64,000 nucleotides of DNA, taken from NCBI GenBank assembly GCA_026004595.1, contig BPJL01000004.1, forward strand, positions 11,919-75,918. Direction: 5' to 3'. The notes under the pieces are model-generated. The model had not been told where the DNA came from. It saw only the letters and a list, made by a program, of their open reading frames with translations, and made no database searches. This document shows, piece by piece, positions 40,495-50,026 of this stretch. The DNA is from Patescibacteria group bacterium. Its GTDB lineage: Bacteria > Patescibacteriota > WWE3 > UBA101185 > UBA10185. Positions within the stretch are counted from its first letter, which is position 1. Each line of letters starts with the position of its first letter. Position numbers and translations under genes: made by a program.

Positions 40495-41598
40495 AACTAC
40501 TGAACTACTTTTCCGAACAAACTTTCAAGCTCTTTAAGGCAAGAAGAATAACCTTTACCTTGGAAGTTCAGGCTCACTTCCAAACCCGCTCTAATCTGCA
40601 TAAGGCGTACGCAGATTTGTTAACTCAACGTTTTAGAGCTAATCCAACGTTGAGTGCGTCTTTTCTTTCGATGGTCTTTCTTAACAGCTAGTGATAAGTC
40701 AAGTTTCCACCGATCAAAGATGCGCGTTCCTCCTAACGGTTCGAACACCTTGTAGAGCAAGTTGTCCTTTGAACCATAGAGAAAGAAACATAAGTTTCTC
40801 CCTTACAATCGATGTTACAGCACAGAGTGCTGCGACCCGATCGAAGGGTGGAACGTAGTTTACTCCCTTAGAAAGGAGGTGATCCAGCCGCAGATTCCCC
40901 TACGGCTACCTTGTTACGACTTCACCCTCATCACTGATTCCACCGTGAGCCCACTAATGTGAGACTTCGGGTGGCCCCAGCTTTGCTGGCGTGACGGGCA
41001 GTGTGTGCAAGACCCGAGAACGTATTCACCGTGGTATAGCTGACCCACGATTACTAGCGATTCCGGCTTCATGGAGTCGAATTGCAGACTCCAATCCGAA
41101 CTGGGACCGGTTTTTTTGGGATTAGCTCGGCCTCGCGGCTTTGCAACCCTTTGTGCCGGCCATTGTAGCATGCTTCTGGCCCAAGGCGTAAGGGCAATAC
41201 CGACTTGACGTCATCCCCACCTTCCTCCGCGTTGCCGCGGCAGTTCCGCTAGAGTGATACAACTAGCAGTAGGGGTTGCGCTCGTTAACCCACTTAAGGG
41301 TACGCCTCACGGTACGAGCTGACGACAGCCATGCAACACCTGTGCAAGCTCCGGACTGGATACCGGTCGTTCCCCTTTCGGTTCACTACTTCATGCATGT
41401 CAAGCCTTGGTAAGGTTCTTGGGTTATCAGCCAATTGAAGAGCATGCTCCACCGCTTGTGCGGGTCCCCGCCAATTCCTTTGAGTTTTAATCTTGCGACC
41501 GTACTCCCCAGGCGGCCTGCTTAACGCGTTAGCTTCGACACCAAAAAATTCTGGCATCTAGCAGGCATGGTTTACGGCGTGGACTACACGGGTATCTA

Positions 41599-42655
41599 CA
41601 ATTTTGTTACTGAATTCACAGGTTGTTATCTAAAACAACTCCTTGTATCGCTACAAGGTTCGGACTATATCATTATCTTTACTTGTGATTATCTATAAAT
41701 GAGAGATATTTTCTTGGGTTATCGTAGGATTCAATTAAAGCTTTGAGTACTTCATTCTTCTGGGTGTTACACCAGCATTTAGAATGTTTAGTTACTCTTA
41801 CCCCCGCAATAAACCCAATAACATCTCTAAAGGCAATTATATTGCCTCTACCCGTAATCTTGACTTTCTTATCACAACAGTCGTTCAAAGAAGATATTCC
41901 CAACATCTTCAAGAGATGGTGGTAGTCTCTTCTTAACCCATCGTGAGAACAAGCCAAGAAAACGTTTCTTATAAGGAATCTGCCTTTGTTCGTGTTAGCT
42001 GCGTAGAAACAAACACCCCCATCACAGCTGAAGGCTGATCGGAGGAAAGGCACTGCAGTTCTACCCCTCTCTAAATATGAAATAGGTAATTTGGCATCAG
42101 TGACACCCCCATTACAAAAATTCAAGGTTCTGAATGTACCAAAGGTATCTACCAAAAAAGACCCAATTTCTCCGGAGTCAACAACTGCCTTCCACAAACG
42201 ATTCCCCACTTTGCTTATCCTAACTCTTTTGAGATCTAAACCAAAAACGGAGCGTATGTTCCTCCTAAACTCCCTAATGAGAGTAAAAGAGCTGGAGGAG
42301 AAATATATTCTCCAACTACTCTTGTGTCTAGGTGACACACATCCATCTGTATATAGCATCCCCAATAGTTTTGACAAGCTTTCATCACAAGAAGATATTT
42401 GGCATGTAGTCTCTGAGGATTCTTCATCTGAGTTTAGAAGATGAAGCCTTTCCTGCTGATTATCCGCACTTGAAGCTTTATCACCCAACATAACCGAACA
42501 ATATCCGAATATGTTTGGTAGCCCAAGATTCTTTATTCTAATTTCACTAGACACCACATTCTTACCCGTAAGATGTGGACGGAACTCCCAGCATATAGCC
42601 AAATTTTTCTCCATCCGGTCACCCGGTTGGAGGGACGAGATTACGCTTTCGCGCC
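41599..42655 (-). mobile_element. Intron in 16S rRNA at the site homologous to E. coli ~789-791 (between ...GCGAAACGGAU and UAGAUACCC...), encoding a LAGLIDADG endonuclease
   Basis: The exon sequence GAAAGCGUGGGGAGCGAAACGGAU ends at ~42656 and UGUAGAUACCCGUGUAGUCCACGCC resumes at ~41598. The insert shares the conserved GGCUAUAUGCUGGGA...AGUGCGGAUAAUCAGCAGGAAAGG segment with the 23S insertions. Confidence 0.65.
41679..42493 (-). CDS. Double-motif (monomeric) LAGLIDADG homing endonuclease, intron-encoded
   Basis: Two LAGLIDADG-like motifs (LLGMLYTDGCVSP and LRSAFSCDGGVCF) about 100 aa apart. The start is taken at MLGDKASSADNQQE (42493), which aligns with the start of the 23S-intron endonuclease. 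The upstream ORF-track extension translates exon/intron RNA. Confidence 0.6.
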
Positions 42656-43486
42656 ATCCGTTTCGCTCCCCACGCTTTCGTCTCTCAGCGTCAGGACAAC
42701 CCCAGGTAGCTGGCTTCCCCCTTGGTGTTCCGTATGATATCAACGCATTTCACTGCTACACCATACGTTCCGCTACCCCCTAGTCGCCTCCTAGCCAAAC
42801 AGTATTGAAAGCCTTTCCTCGGTTGAGCCGAGGTATTTGACCCCCAACTTATTTAGCCGCCTACAGAACTCTTTACGCCCAGTAAGACCGGGTAATGCTT
42901 GCACCCTACGTGTGACCGCTGCTGCTGGCACGTAGTTAGCCGGTGCTTATAACGAGGTTTACAACCCGAGGGCCGTCATCCCTCACGCGGTGTCGCTCCG
43001 TCAGACTTTCGTCCATTGCGGAAGATTCCCGATTGCTGCCTCCCGTAGGAGTAAGGCCCGTGTCTCAGTGCCCTTCTGGCTGGTCATGCGCTAACACCAG
43101 CTACCCGTCATAGGCTTGGTGAGCCTTTACCTCACCAACTACCTGATAGGCCGCGGGCTCGTCCCCAAGCGCGTTGCCGCTTTAAAGTTACCTTCACATA
43201 AGGAATTACTCCCTCTTTCGAGGGGCTATGCCTTACTTGGGGGTAGATTCCCACGTGTTACTCAGCCGTTCGCCACTATACAGCATTTCTGCCGAATCGT
43301 TCGACTTGCATACCTTAGGCACACCGCTAGCATTCACCCTGAACCAGGATCAAATTCTTAGTTAAAAGGAATTATGCATTCTTCTTGCCTTAAAGTTCTT
43401 GAAAGTTTCATTCGGATTTCAAAGTACTTCGCGCACACCCTACAAAGGGGTTTTTCTGTGCGGATGAAAGGATACACTAGCACTGT

Positions 43487-43516
43487 ACAAATATCAATAA
43501 CTTAAATGGTTGTCAA
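43487..43516 (-). promoter_or_regulatory. Candidate sigma70-type promoter for the 16S gene (TTGACA-N17-TATTTG on the minus strand)
   Basis: TTGACA is the complement of 43511-43516; the candidate -10 lies at 43487-43492, ~130 nt upstream of the mature 16S 5' end, with an AT-rich UP-like tract beyond it. Confidence 0.3.
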
Positions 43517-43569
43517 TATTGTGCTATCTTATATTAAGAGGATAAAAAATAACAGAAAGAGAGGGTAAA

Positions 43570-43939
43570 ATGCGTGTGCTGATTGTTCTTGGTGTCTGTG
43601 AGTATCTGTGTGTAATTTCTGAAATGCCGTGCCACGGCAGCATTATGGACACCCGCACTTTGCAGGACGAGTCAATTAAAAATCTTGTGACAAAAGAGCT
43701 TGGATGTTTTGTCGGAGTAAAATACAGCGGGGCTGGGTGGCATCATAAATACGGTGAACTTCCAAGACTGGAACTTCACCGTTTGGAACAGCAAAGGTTA
43801 TGGTAAAACCAAAATCTCCGGAGGCCTCGCCCCAACCTTCGGAGATCCCCTTTTACAGGATCACTCCACAAAATTTATTTCAATAGAATCAGTTGAGAAA
43901 AGCGCTGACACGGTAGAAGCAATAACTGCCTTATTGTAA
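43570..43939 (+). CDS. Hypothetical small protein(s); two overlapping ORFs in different frames (43570-43806, 43754-43939)
   Basis: A GAGAGGG SD-like sequence sits 5 nt before ATG 43570. No recognisable domain. The pair may be one frameshifted gene or may be spurious. Confidence 0.25.
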
Positions 43940-45207
43940 ATGGGCGAACATGTCACAAGATCAAAATGTACAGCCTCGTACTCCGGCCAAGTATGAACCG
44001 TGAGATTTGAGTTTGATAAAACATACACAAAAGTAAAACCCGAGCCTTTGAATTCTGTAATCTTTGTGTCCACAACCTTAAGTTTGTGCTGTCTGCAAAA
44101 TTCATTTAGAACTCCCATCATCCTCTTCTTCACCTGCAACAACGCTGGAGATACATGGAATACTTTTAATACCACATGGTCTACAAAAGGAAATTTTTCT
44201 TCCTTTTCTGTCTCGTATGTGTAAATTTTACGGTTTGCCGGGAGAAGGTTGGTATGTGAAGTAGACTGCTGTGTCTTTAAAATGTAAAGAGAGCTGGCCG
44301 AACCTATTGATTCGGCTCCGTCATAACGAGCGAACTTGTTGACCTTATCCTCTATCAATAAACCGCATCGGTTAAATATCTCTTGAATTTTTAAAAACTT
44401 TTCGGAAGAGAGCTGGCTGTTGCCGTAAAAGAAAAAGATGCTTCTTCCGGCACCGGATTTTAACAGCTCCAGAGACCTGTTTAAGAATAACTCTACCCCA
44501 TAACGGGTATATGGTGGATCGGTTTGAACCACATCAAACCTGTTGGCATGTTCCTTTTTTATCTCGTCTCTACAATCGTAATAATAAATATGAACATTAT
44601 GATTACCCATTTCTTTGGATTTACCTTCAATGAAAGCCAAAAGTGTTTTATCAACATCAAATACGGAAACGGATCTAAACTTAGCTCCCAAAATTATTAA
44701 AGCCAACGACACCAAATCGTCGTCTCCAAGAAACGCGACATCCTTTCCGTCCACTTCTCCCCTGCCCATCATTATCGCAGCTTTTCTCAAAGAAGTTTCC
44801 GGTGTAGCATAGAACTGGTCTAGTTCGCGAGAAGCGGCTTTTTGATAATCAAGCCTAATTGTTTTGAATATTTTTAGCTTGTCAGGATCAATCTCCACTA
44901 AATCTCCGAGTGACCACATGTATCTATTCGGTCCCATCTCTCCAAATAATTTCAAACCCTTCTCATTTAGGGAAATCAAATCGGCATTACTTTTCTCCAA
45001 AAACTCGGCAATCTGGTGCTTAAGTTTTTTCAAGCTTTCTTTGGGAATTCCGGTTTTTTGCACCAAAAAATTGTTAGACATTGCACCGCCAAACAACAAC
45101 TCATATAACACGCCTTCTATTTCGGCTTCAGAAAGGCCTCCAACCGCCCTTTTTATCTTTGATATAAGCTCGTTTTTCTGCATCTGGCTTATTATACCGC
45201 CTAACAA
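43861..45207 (-). CDS. Fusion protein: N-terminal wHTH plus BpsA/DUF43-like aminopropyltransferase domain, C-terminal S-adenosylmethionine decarboxylase (SpeH-type, pyruvoyl) domain
   Basis: N-terminal part: GDDD motif (DVAFLGDDDLVSLALII) and DPPY motif (VVQTDPPYT), as in DUF43/branched-chain polyamine synthase BpsA. C-terminal ~110 aa: HVVLKVFHVSPALL...GSGFTFVYVLSNSNLTVHTWPEYEAVHFDLVTCS, which aligns residue for residue with class 1a AdoMetDC (…[29 protein letters not shown]), including the serine that becomes the pyruvoyl group. Confidence 0.65.
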   Translation of the reverse strand: MLGGIISQMQKNELISKIKRAVGGLSEAEIEGVLYELLFGGAMSNNFLVQKTGIPKESLKKLKHQIAEFLEKSNADLISLNEKGLKLFGEMGPNRYMWSLGDLVEIDPDKLKIFKTIRLDYQKAASRELDQFYATPETSLRKAAIMMGRGEVDGKDVAFLGDDDLVSLALIILGAKFRSVSVFDVDKTLLAFIEGKSKEMGNHNVHIYYYDCRDEIKKEHANRFDVVQTDPPYTRYGVELFLNRSLELLKSGAGRSIFFFYGNSQLSSEKFLKIQEIFNRCGLLIEDKVNKFARYDGAESIGSASSLYILKTQQSTSHTNLLPANRKIYTYETEKEEKFPFVDHVVLKVFHVSPALLQVKKRMMGVLNEFCRQHKLKVVDTKITEFKGSGFTFVYVLSNSNLTVHTWPEYEAVHFDLVTCSPIYNKAVIASTVSALFSTDSIEINFVE

Positions 45208-45272
45208 CCAATTTCTAATATCAATAGAAAAACTCCTGACACAAAAGTCCTTTTACCTCTTATATTTGATCC

Positions 45273-47597
45273 GTGCAGAAATTATTCTATCTATTAATAT
45301 GCGCCCTAATTTTAGCGAACCTATCCTATGCTGAAACATGGATATCTGTATCTGCACCATCAAATAAGATTGCTGCTATTGAAACAATACCCCAAGGAAT
45401 TGTGGCCGGCGAGTTTGACGATAGAATGTGGCTTAACCCATATAACGGTATTTATCTTTCGGAAGATGGGGGCATAAATTGGAAAAAAATAGGCCTAAAT
45501 GGAAAGGGTGTAAAAAATCTGGAATACAGAAACGGCACTCTTTACGCCTCTGCCTACTATACAAATTCAACACCTAGGGGGCTTTACTACAGCCCATACC
45601 CGTATGACGTTTGGAACCATGTCGGCCCTCTGTACGAAATCACAGCTCTTGATATATGCGGAGATTCCATTTACATGGGTACTAAGGTAAACGGCCTTAT
45701 GGTCAGCAGAGACAAAGGAGCAACATGGGCGCAAAAACTAGGAAACGGATGGGATGGGCCTGAAATTCTAGCCGTGCGTTGTTTCAATAATCATGTCGTG
45801 GTCTCTACAAGAACAAATGTATTTACAAGCGCCAATGCAGGAGAAACGTGGAATGAGGCCTCTATTTTCTCTGGAACAACTATTTATTCAATAGCTGGGT
45901 TTGAAAATTATGCGACTGCTTCGGGCATCGGATACGAAGGTTTGTTTGTCTCATACGACAGTGGGGACAGTTGGAGCAAAATCCCAATCCCCGGCTTCCA
46001 ACAGTCCAAGAAGCTTGTCTTTCAAGGCCAGTATTTATATATAGGAAGCGGGGCCACCGTACTTGAGAGTCTCCAAATGGGAAAAGAGGTTAAAGATACT
46101 CTCCTCAGCGATAAAAACACTACTGTTGTAGCTGACCTGGCCGCATATAAACCTGGTAAATATGAGTTGGTTGCTTTGAGTTCGGCAGGAAAAATCTATA
46201 AAAGAGAGGTGGACGAATACAAGTATTTACCTACGCTCTCCCCTCCATGGAACATACAAAATGACTGGGAGCTGACTGAAAAAATAAACTCTTTCTTTGA
46301 TCACCAATACCCTCTTCTCTCCTATCCATACATGAGCGAACCTCAAGAACACAGTAACACAACCCTCAAATACGATGGCGAAAAAGGCTCGGAACCGCAA
46401 CTTTACTATAGCTCCCACAGCGGAATAGATTTTGATATGGATTATGGTGATCCTGTTTTAGCAGCCGCAAGCGGAAGCGCCACAAATTACTACTGCAAGA
46501 GTTGCGGAAACACTATAAAAATTGATCATGGCAACGGAATTCAAACCGTATATATGCACTTGCAAAATAGCTTGTCAGTGCAAGATAATGGAGCGCTTTG
46601 GGTAGAAAGTGGACGCGAAATAGGTAAAGTTGGCTTAACGGGGCGCACAACAGGTCCGCATTTGCATTTTGAAGTTGTTTACGACACGAATAACAACTCC
46701 CTCTTTTCTGATGAGTTTCCTCATGGAAGAACCGACCCCTTTGGATGGAACTTCGCAAAGTCAGCTGATCCGTGGCCACTTCTAAAATGGACGGATCCTC
46801 TTGGGCACCACCAAGGTGCCGTCAGCAAAAATCTCTGGGAAATTCTCTCCCCCATGAAAGACACAGCACCATTGGCAAATTCAACTATTCTTACGCTCGG
46901 CAATAAAATAGTTGAAGTTGTAAATGACGCGGGGAAAAACTTCCTGCGTCTAATCCTTGAGCACGCACCCAAACCAAGAAATGCCCCGCCGCACGATCAA
47001 TCAAAATACATAAACGGAACGGCGACTATACTAAATCTGGTTGATCAATTAGGAAATGCTTCTGCGGAGGATGTAATAGTAAAAGTTAAAATTTTCATAT
47101 CCCCCGAAAATATTATGGGCATAATCCCCGAAACGATCAAGCTGTATAGATGGGAAAAAGAGACTCTTTCATGGGTTGAGACAATAAGCAGGTACGATTC
47201 GGCCTCCGGTGTACTGGAAGGAATTCTAAATCATCTTAGTTATTTCGCCGCGTTCGGAGAAGGGAATTCAGAACAGCCGCCATCAACACAACTCATCATA
47301 TCGCCGGAGCCGGTAGATGGCCTGGTTGATTCTTTTGCAACAGTATCCTTTATCAGAGACGGGGGCGACTTGACTGTGTATTCGCTTGATGGGGGCGACA
47401 CGTGGAATACATACAGTGCTCCGGTAACAATAGATAAGCACGGGATGTACGACATCCTTTATAAATCCCAGTCGGCTAACGGGGCCTGGGAAGAAACAAA
47501 AAGTTTTGTCTTGAAAGTGGGCACTGATTTAAACTCTCAAAAGATAAGAGTCGTGGGCGCCGAATTTGAAACCCTATCTAATAACTCCTCCCCCTAA
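45273..47597 (+). CDS. Secreted multidomain protein: N-terminal BNR/sialidase-like beta-propeller repeats, central M23 metallopeptidase domain, C-terminal beta-rich domain
   Basis: Signal peptide MQKLFYLLICALILANLSYA; BNR-like SxDxGxTW motifs (SEDGGINWKK, SRDKGATWAQ, SANAGETWNE, SYDSGDSWSK); M23 core HSGIDFDMDYGDPV...IKIDHGNGIQTVYMHL...GLTGRTTGPHLHFEV. Confidence 0.7.
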   Translation: MQKLFYLLICALILANLSYAETWISVSAPSNKIAAIETIPQGIVAGEFDDRMWLNPYNGIYLSEDGGINWKKIGLNGKGVKNLEYRNGTLYASAYYTNSTPRGLYYSPYPYDVWNHVGPLYEITALDICGDSIYMGTKVNGLMVSRDKGATWAQKLGNGWDGPEILAVRCFNNHVVVSTRTNVFTSANAGETWNEASIFSGTTIYSIAGFENYATASGIGYEGLFVSYDSGDSWSKIPIPGFQQSKKLVFQGQYLYIGSGATVLESLQMGKEVKDTLLSDKNTTVVADLAAYKPGKYELVALSSAGKIYKREVDEYKYLPTLSPPWNIQNDWELTEKINSFFDHQYPLLSYPYMSEPQEHSNTTLKYDGEKGSEPQLYYSSHSGIDFDMDYGDPVLAAASGSATNYYCKSCGNTIKIDHGNGIQTVYMHLQNSLSVQDNGALWVESGREIGKVGLTGRTTGPHLHFEVVYDTNNNSLFSDEFPHGRTDPFGWNFAKSADPWPLLKWTDPLGHHQGAVSKNLWEILSPMKDTAPLANSTILTLGNKIVEVVNDAGKNFLRLILEHAPKPRNAPPHDQSKYINGTATILNLVDQLGNASAEDVIVKVKIFISPENIMGIIPETIKLYRWEKETLSWVETISRYDSASGVLEGILNHLSYFAAFGEGNSEQPPSTQLIISPEPVDGLVDSFATVSFIRDGGDLTVYSLDGGDTWNTYSAPVTIDKHGMYDILYKSQSANGAWEETKSFVLKVGTDLNSQKIRVVGAEFETLSNNSSP

Positions 47598-48656
47598 AAC
47601 TTCTTTCCCCTTGTAAAAAACCGCGCTTTGCCCGGGTGAAACTCCAAAAGCTTTCTTTGACAACTCAACTTTTAAAAGATCTTTGCCCGTTTTCACACAA
47701 ACGCATGAGATAAGCTGGCCGAGGTGTCTTATCCTTACTTTGCACTCCACCTTGGAATTGCTCGCGAACGGATCCCCAGAAACCCAGCTCGGATCAGAAA
47801 CCTCAAATTCCTTACACAAAGCCTCCTCATAACACCCAACCGTTAGAGTATTCGTTTCAACATTTTTGGCCAAAACATAAAGTGGTTCGCCGAAATATTT
47901 CTTAAGACGAAACCCATGCCTCTGCCCTATTGTGAAATACCAAACTCCATCGTGCTCTCCGATCTCCTCGCCCGAAAACGTTACAACTTTTCCTTTTTTG
48001 GGTTTAATCCTTTTACTCAAAAAGTCTTTGATGTCCACTTCACCGATAAAGCATATTCCCATGCTCTCGGGTCTTTTGTATGACGGAAGATTATGTTCCT
48101 TGGCTATTTTCCTTACTTCTGCCTTGGTTAAATCCGCCAAAGGAAAAAGGGTTTTTTCCAGCTGTTTCTGACCCAAACGATATAAAAAGTATGATTGGTC
48201 TTTTCCCTTATCTGCCCCCATCAAAAGTTTGTACACACCATTGTTCTGCACAATCCCCGCGTAATGGCCGGTGGCAACAAAATCAAAACCTTCCTTCATC
48301 GCCCAATCAAAAAATATTCCGAACTTAATTTCTTTGTTGCACATAACGTCGGGGTTGGGAGTTCTTCCGGCTTCATACTCTGTGTAGAAATAATCTATTA
48401 CTTTCTTTTTATACTCATCCTGAAAATCCAAAACTTTGAACTGCACATCAAGTACCGCGGCTGTTTGCAGGGCATACGCTTTGTCTTCATCTGCGGCGCA
48501 CCCATTACCTTTCACCTCCCAGCATTTCATGTAAACTGCGGTAACATCACAGCCTTGTTCTTTTAGCAACAGGGCAGCTACGGAGGAGTCAACACCTCCG
48601 CTTAAACCTACAGCAACTTTTTTCTGGCTTTTACTTTTTTCCATACACCTTTGCAT
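47574..48656 (-). CDS. mnmA: tRNA-specific 2-thiouridylase MnmA
   Basis: PP-loop KVAVGLSGGVDSSVAALLL, conserved catalytic cysteines and the C-terminal barrel typical of MnmA. Confidence 0.85.
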   Translation of the reverse strand: MQRCMEKSKSQKKVAVGLSGGVDSSVAALLLKEQGCDVTAVYMKCWEVKGNGCAADEDKAYALQTAAVLDVQFKVLDFQDEYKKKVIDYFYTEYEAGRTPNPDVMCNKEIKFGIFFDWAMKEGFDFVATGHYAGIVQNNGVYKLLMGADKGKDQSYFLYRLGQKQLEKTLFPLADLTKAEVRKIAKEHNLPSYKRPESMGICFIGEVDIKDFLSKRIKPKKGKVVTFSGEEIGEHDGVWYFTIGQRHGFRLKKYFGEPLYVLAKNVETNTLTVGCYEEALCKEFEVSDPSWVSGDPFASNSKVECKVRIRHLGQLISCVCVKTGKDLLKVELSKKAFGVSPGQSAVFYKGKEVLGGGVIR

Positions 48657-48929
48657 TATATCCCGACCGTATGAGTAGCTGAAAAGAAACGAAGCCCTTG
48701 AGATATTCTAAATATCTAGAAGGCATAAAACTCATCTCCACGCTTCTCCTTATAAATTATCAAAAACTTAGGCGGTTTATTGGTTGTTTTTGCTTTCAAG
48801 CAATCACACTCAAAAGCGCTAACAATTTTTGTCATTTCTAAACCCTGGAAAACAAAACATATACCGCTCGCTTGCGTTAAAATATTAAGCTGGGCCTCCG
48901 CTCAAAAGTTCAGGTTAGATTTACAGAAA

Positions 48930-49487
48930 TTAAACCTCGCAGTTAGTCACACAAATATGCATCGCATCTATCAAATCGTTGATTATATCCAGCGCTTCCT
49001 CGTATCCCAACCTTCTATAATTATGGGGGAAATAATGAAAGACCAGATTTCTCCCCCTTTTCCAAGCCTGCCATAGTTTTTTTGAAACTTCCCTCCCGCC
49101 CCTCGCTTTTCCGCAAATCCTTTCAAACACGTTGTTTTTCTCTTTTATATAGTTTGGGTTTAGTATTCGCCCTATCCTTATATCATCGCTGTAATACTCA
49201 TCCTGCGTAATCAGGTGCGAATCCAAAAAAAATCTCTTCAAAAAACCTTCATACGCTTTGGCAAAAGGAAAAACCAAAAAAGAGTAATCTGAAATGTTGT
49301 CCTCTTGGTGATGAGTGTAAACAAAATTAAGAACCAGCTCTCCGTCTTCTATTAAACCCCTGATCTCCTCGGGCATGTATTGCCAAAGGCGGGAATCGCG
49401 TTTAATTACTTCCATAAAATTAATTCTATCGGAACACTGAAATTTATTCACTACTATATATTTAATCTGAAAATGAGCCGGCAACAA
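48930..49487 (-). CDS. Hypothetical protein with a C-terminal Rx4H (HEPN-like) motif
   Basis: 185 aa, predicted all-alpha, with a C-terminal WKRGRNLVFHYF fitting the HEPN R-x4-6-H signature. No other recognisable motif. Confidence 0.3.
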   Translation of the reverse strand: MLPAHFQIKYIVVNKFQCSDRINFMEVIKRDSRLWQYMPEEIRGLIEDGELVLNFVYTHHQEDNISDYSFLVFPFAKAYEGFLKRFFLDSHLITQDEYYSDDIRIGRILNPNYIKEKNNVFERICGKARGGREVSKKLWQAWKRGRNLVFHYFPHNYRRLGYEEALDIINDLIDAMHICVTNCEV

Positions 49488-49962
49488 AATGGCTAGAAGA
49501 AAAATAGCTGACTGGCACTAGCAAAGCAAAAATGGCCGCGTTTTCTTCGTCAAACCTAACAGCCCCAAGTCCCTCGACAGAAGCAGGTTCAAGAATAAAC
49601 GTTCTCTGCGACGATCCCCACCCGGGTTTCACGAAAAACTTTACATACTTAATTTCATCCGAGGATGACTTGACCGTAAATGAAACCATGTGGTGTTTTT
49701 CATTTCCCCCGCTAGTCACAGATACTCTTTTCCCAGAATATAGTCCTTCGCCGCACTCATCCACATCAGCGCACCCATATTCGTACAAATCCCATGTTCC
49801 GCCGGAGGAGCTAATTTCAATAGAAAAACCTTTGGCTGCCTTAGACGAAGAAACTCCTCTTATCTCACTTTTCTCCCTCAGAGAAAAAAGATAAAAGACA
49901 ACCGGTGTGGCCAAAAAGAAAAGCATTACAATCAAAAATATTGCGCTAAAACCCCTTTTCAT
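49462..49962 (-). CDS. Hypothetical secreted/membrane-anchored protein (166 aa)
   Basis: N-terminal signal/TM anchor MKRGFSAIFLIVMLFFLATPVVFYLF; no recognisable domain. Confidence 0.4.
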   Translation of the reverse strand: MKRGFSAIFLIVMLFFLATPVVFYLFSLREKSEIRGVSSSKAAKGFSIEISSSGGTWDLYEYGCADVDECGEGLYSGKRVSVTSGGNEKHHMVSFTVKSSSDEIKYVKFFVKPGWGSSQRTFILEPASVEGLGAVRFDEENAAIFALLVPVSYFSSSHFVAGSFSD

Positions 49963-50026
49963 AGAGAAATGAACTCATATATTTGTATACGCGTCAAGAG
50001 GTTTTGGCGACCTGTATAATACATCC

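Larger units (their letters stand above)
40871..43355 (-). rRNA. rrs: 16S ribosomal RNA (~2.5 kb, interrupted by a ~1.05 kb intron)
   Basis: 3' end: plus-strand agaaaggaggtgatccagccgca at 40870-40892 is the complement of ...GGAUCACCUCCUUUCU. 5' end: plus-strand ctgaaccaggatcaaattct at 43329-43348 is the complement of AGAAUUUGAUCCUGGUUCAG. Internal landmarks include GUAGAUACCCGUGUAGUCCACGCCGUAAAC and UACGGGAGGCAGCA. Confidence 0.85.

Noticed and set aside
40479-40691. Plus-strand 70-aa ORF downstream of tRNA-Ile
   Set aside because: It starts inside the terminator hairpin and lies in the 16S 3'-flanking/processing region, with no SD and no motifs.
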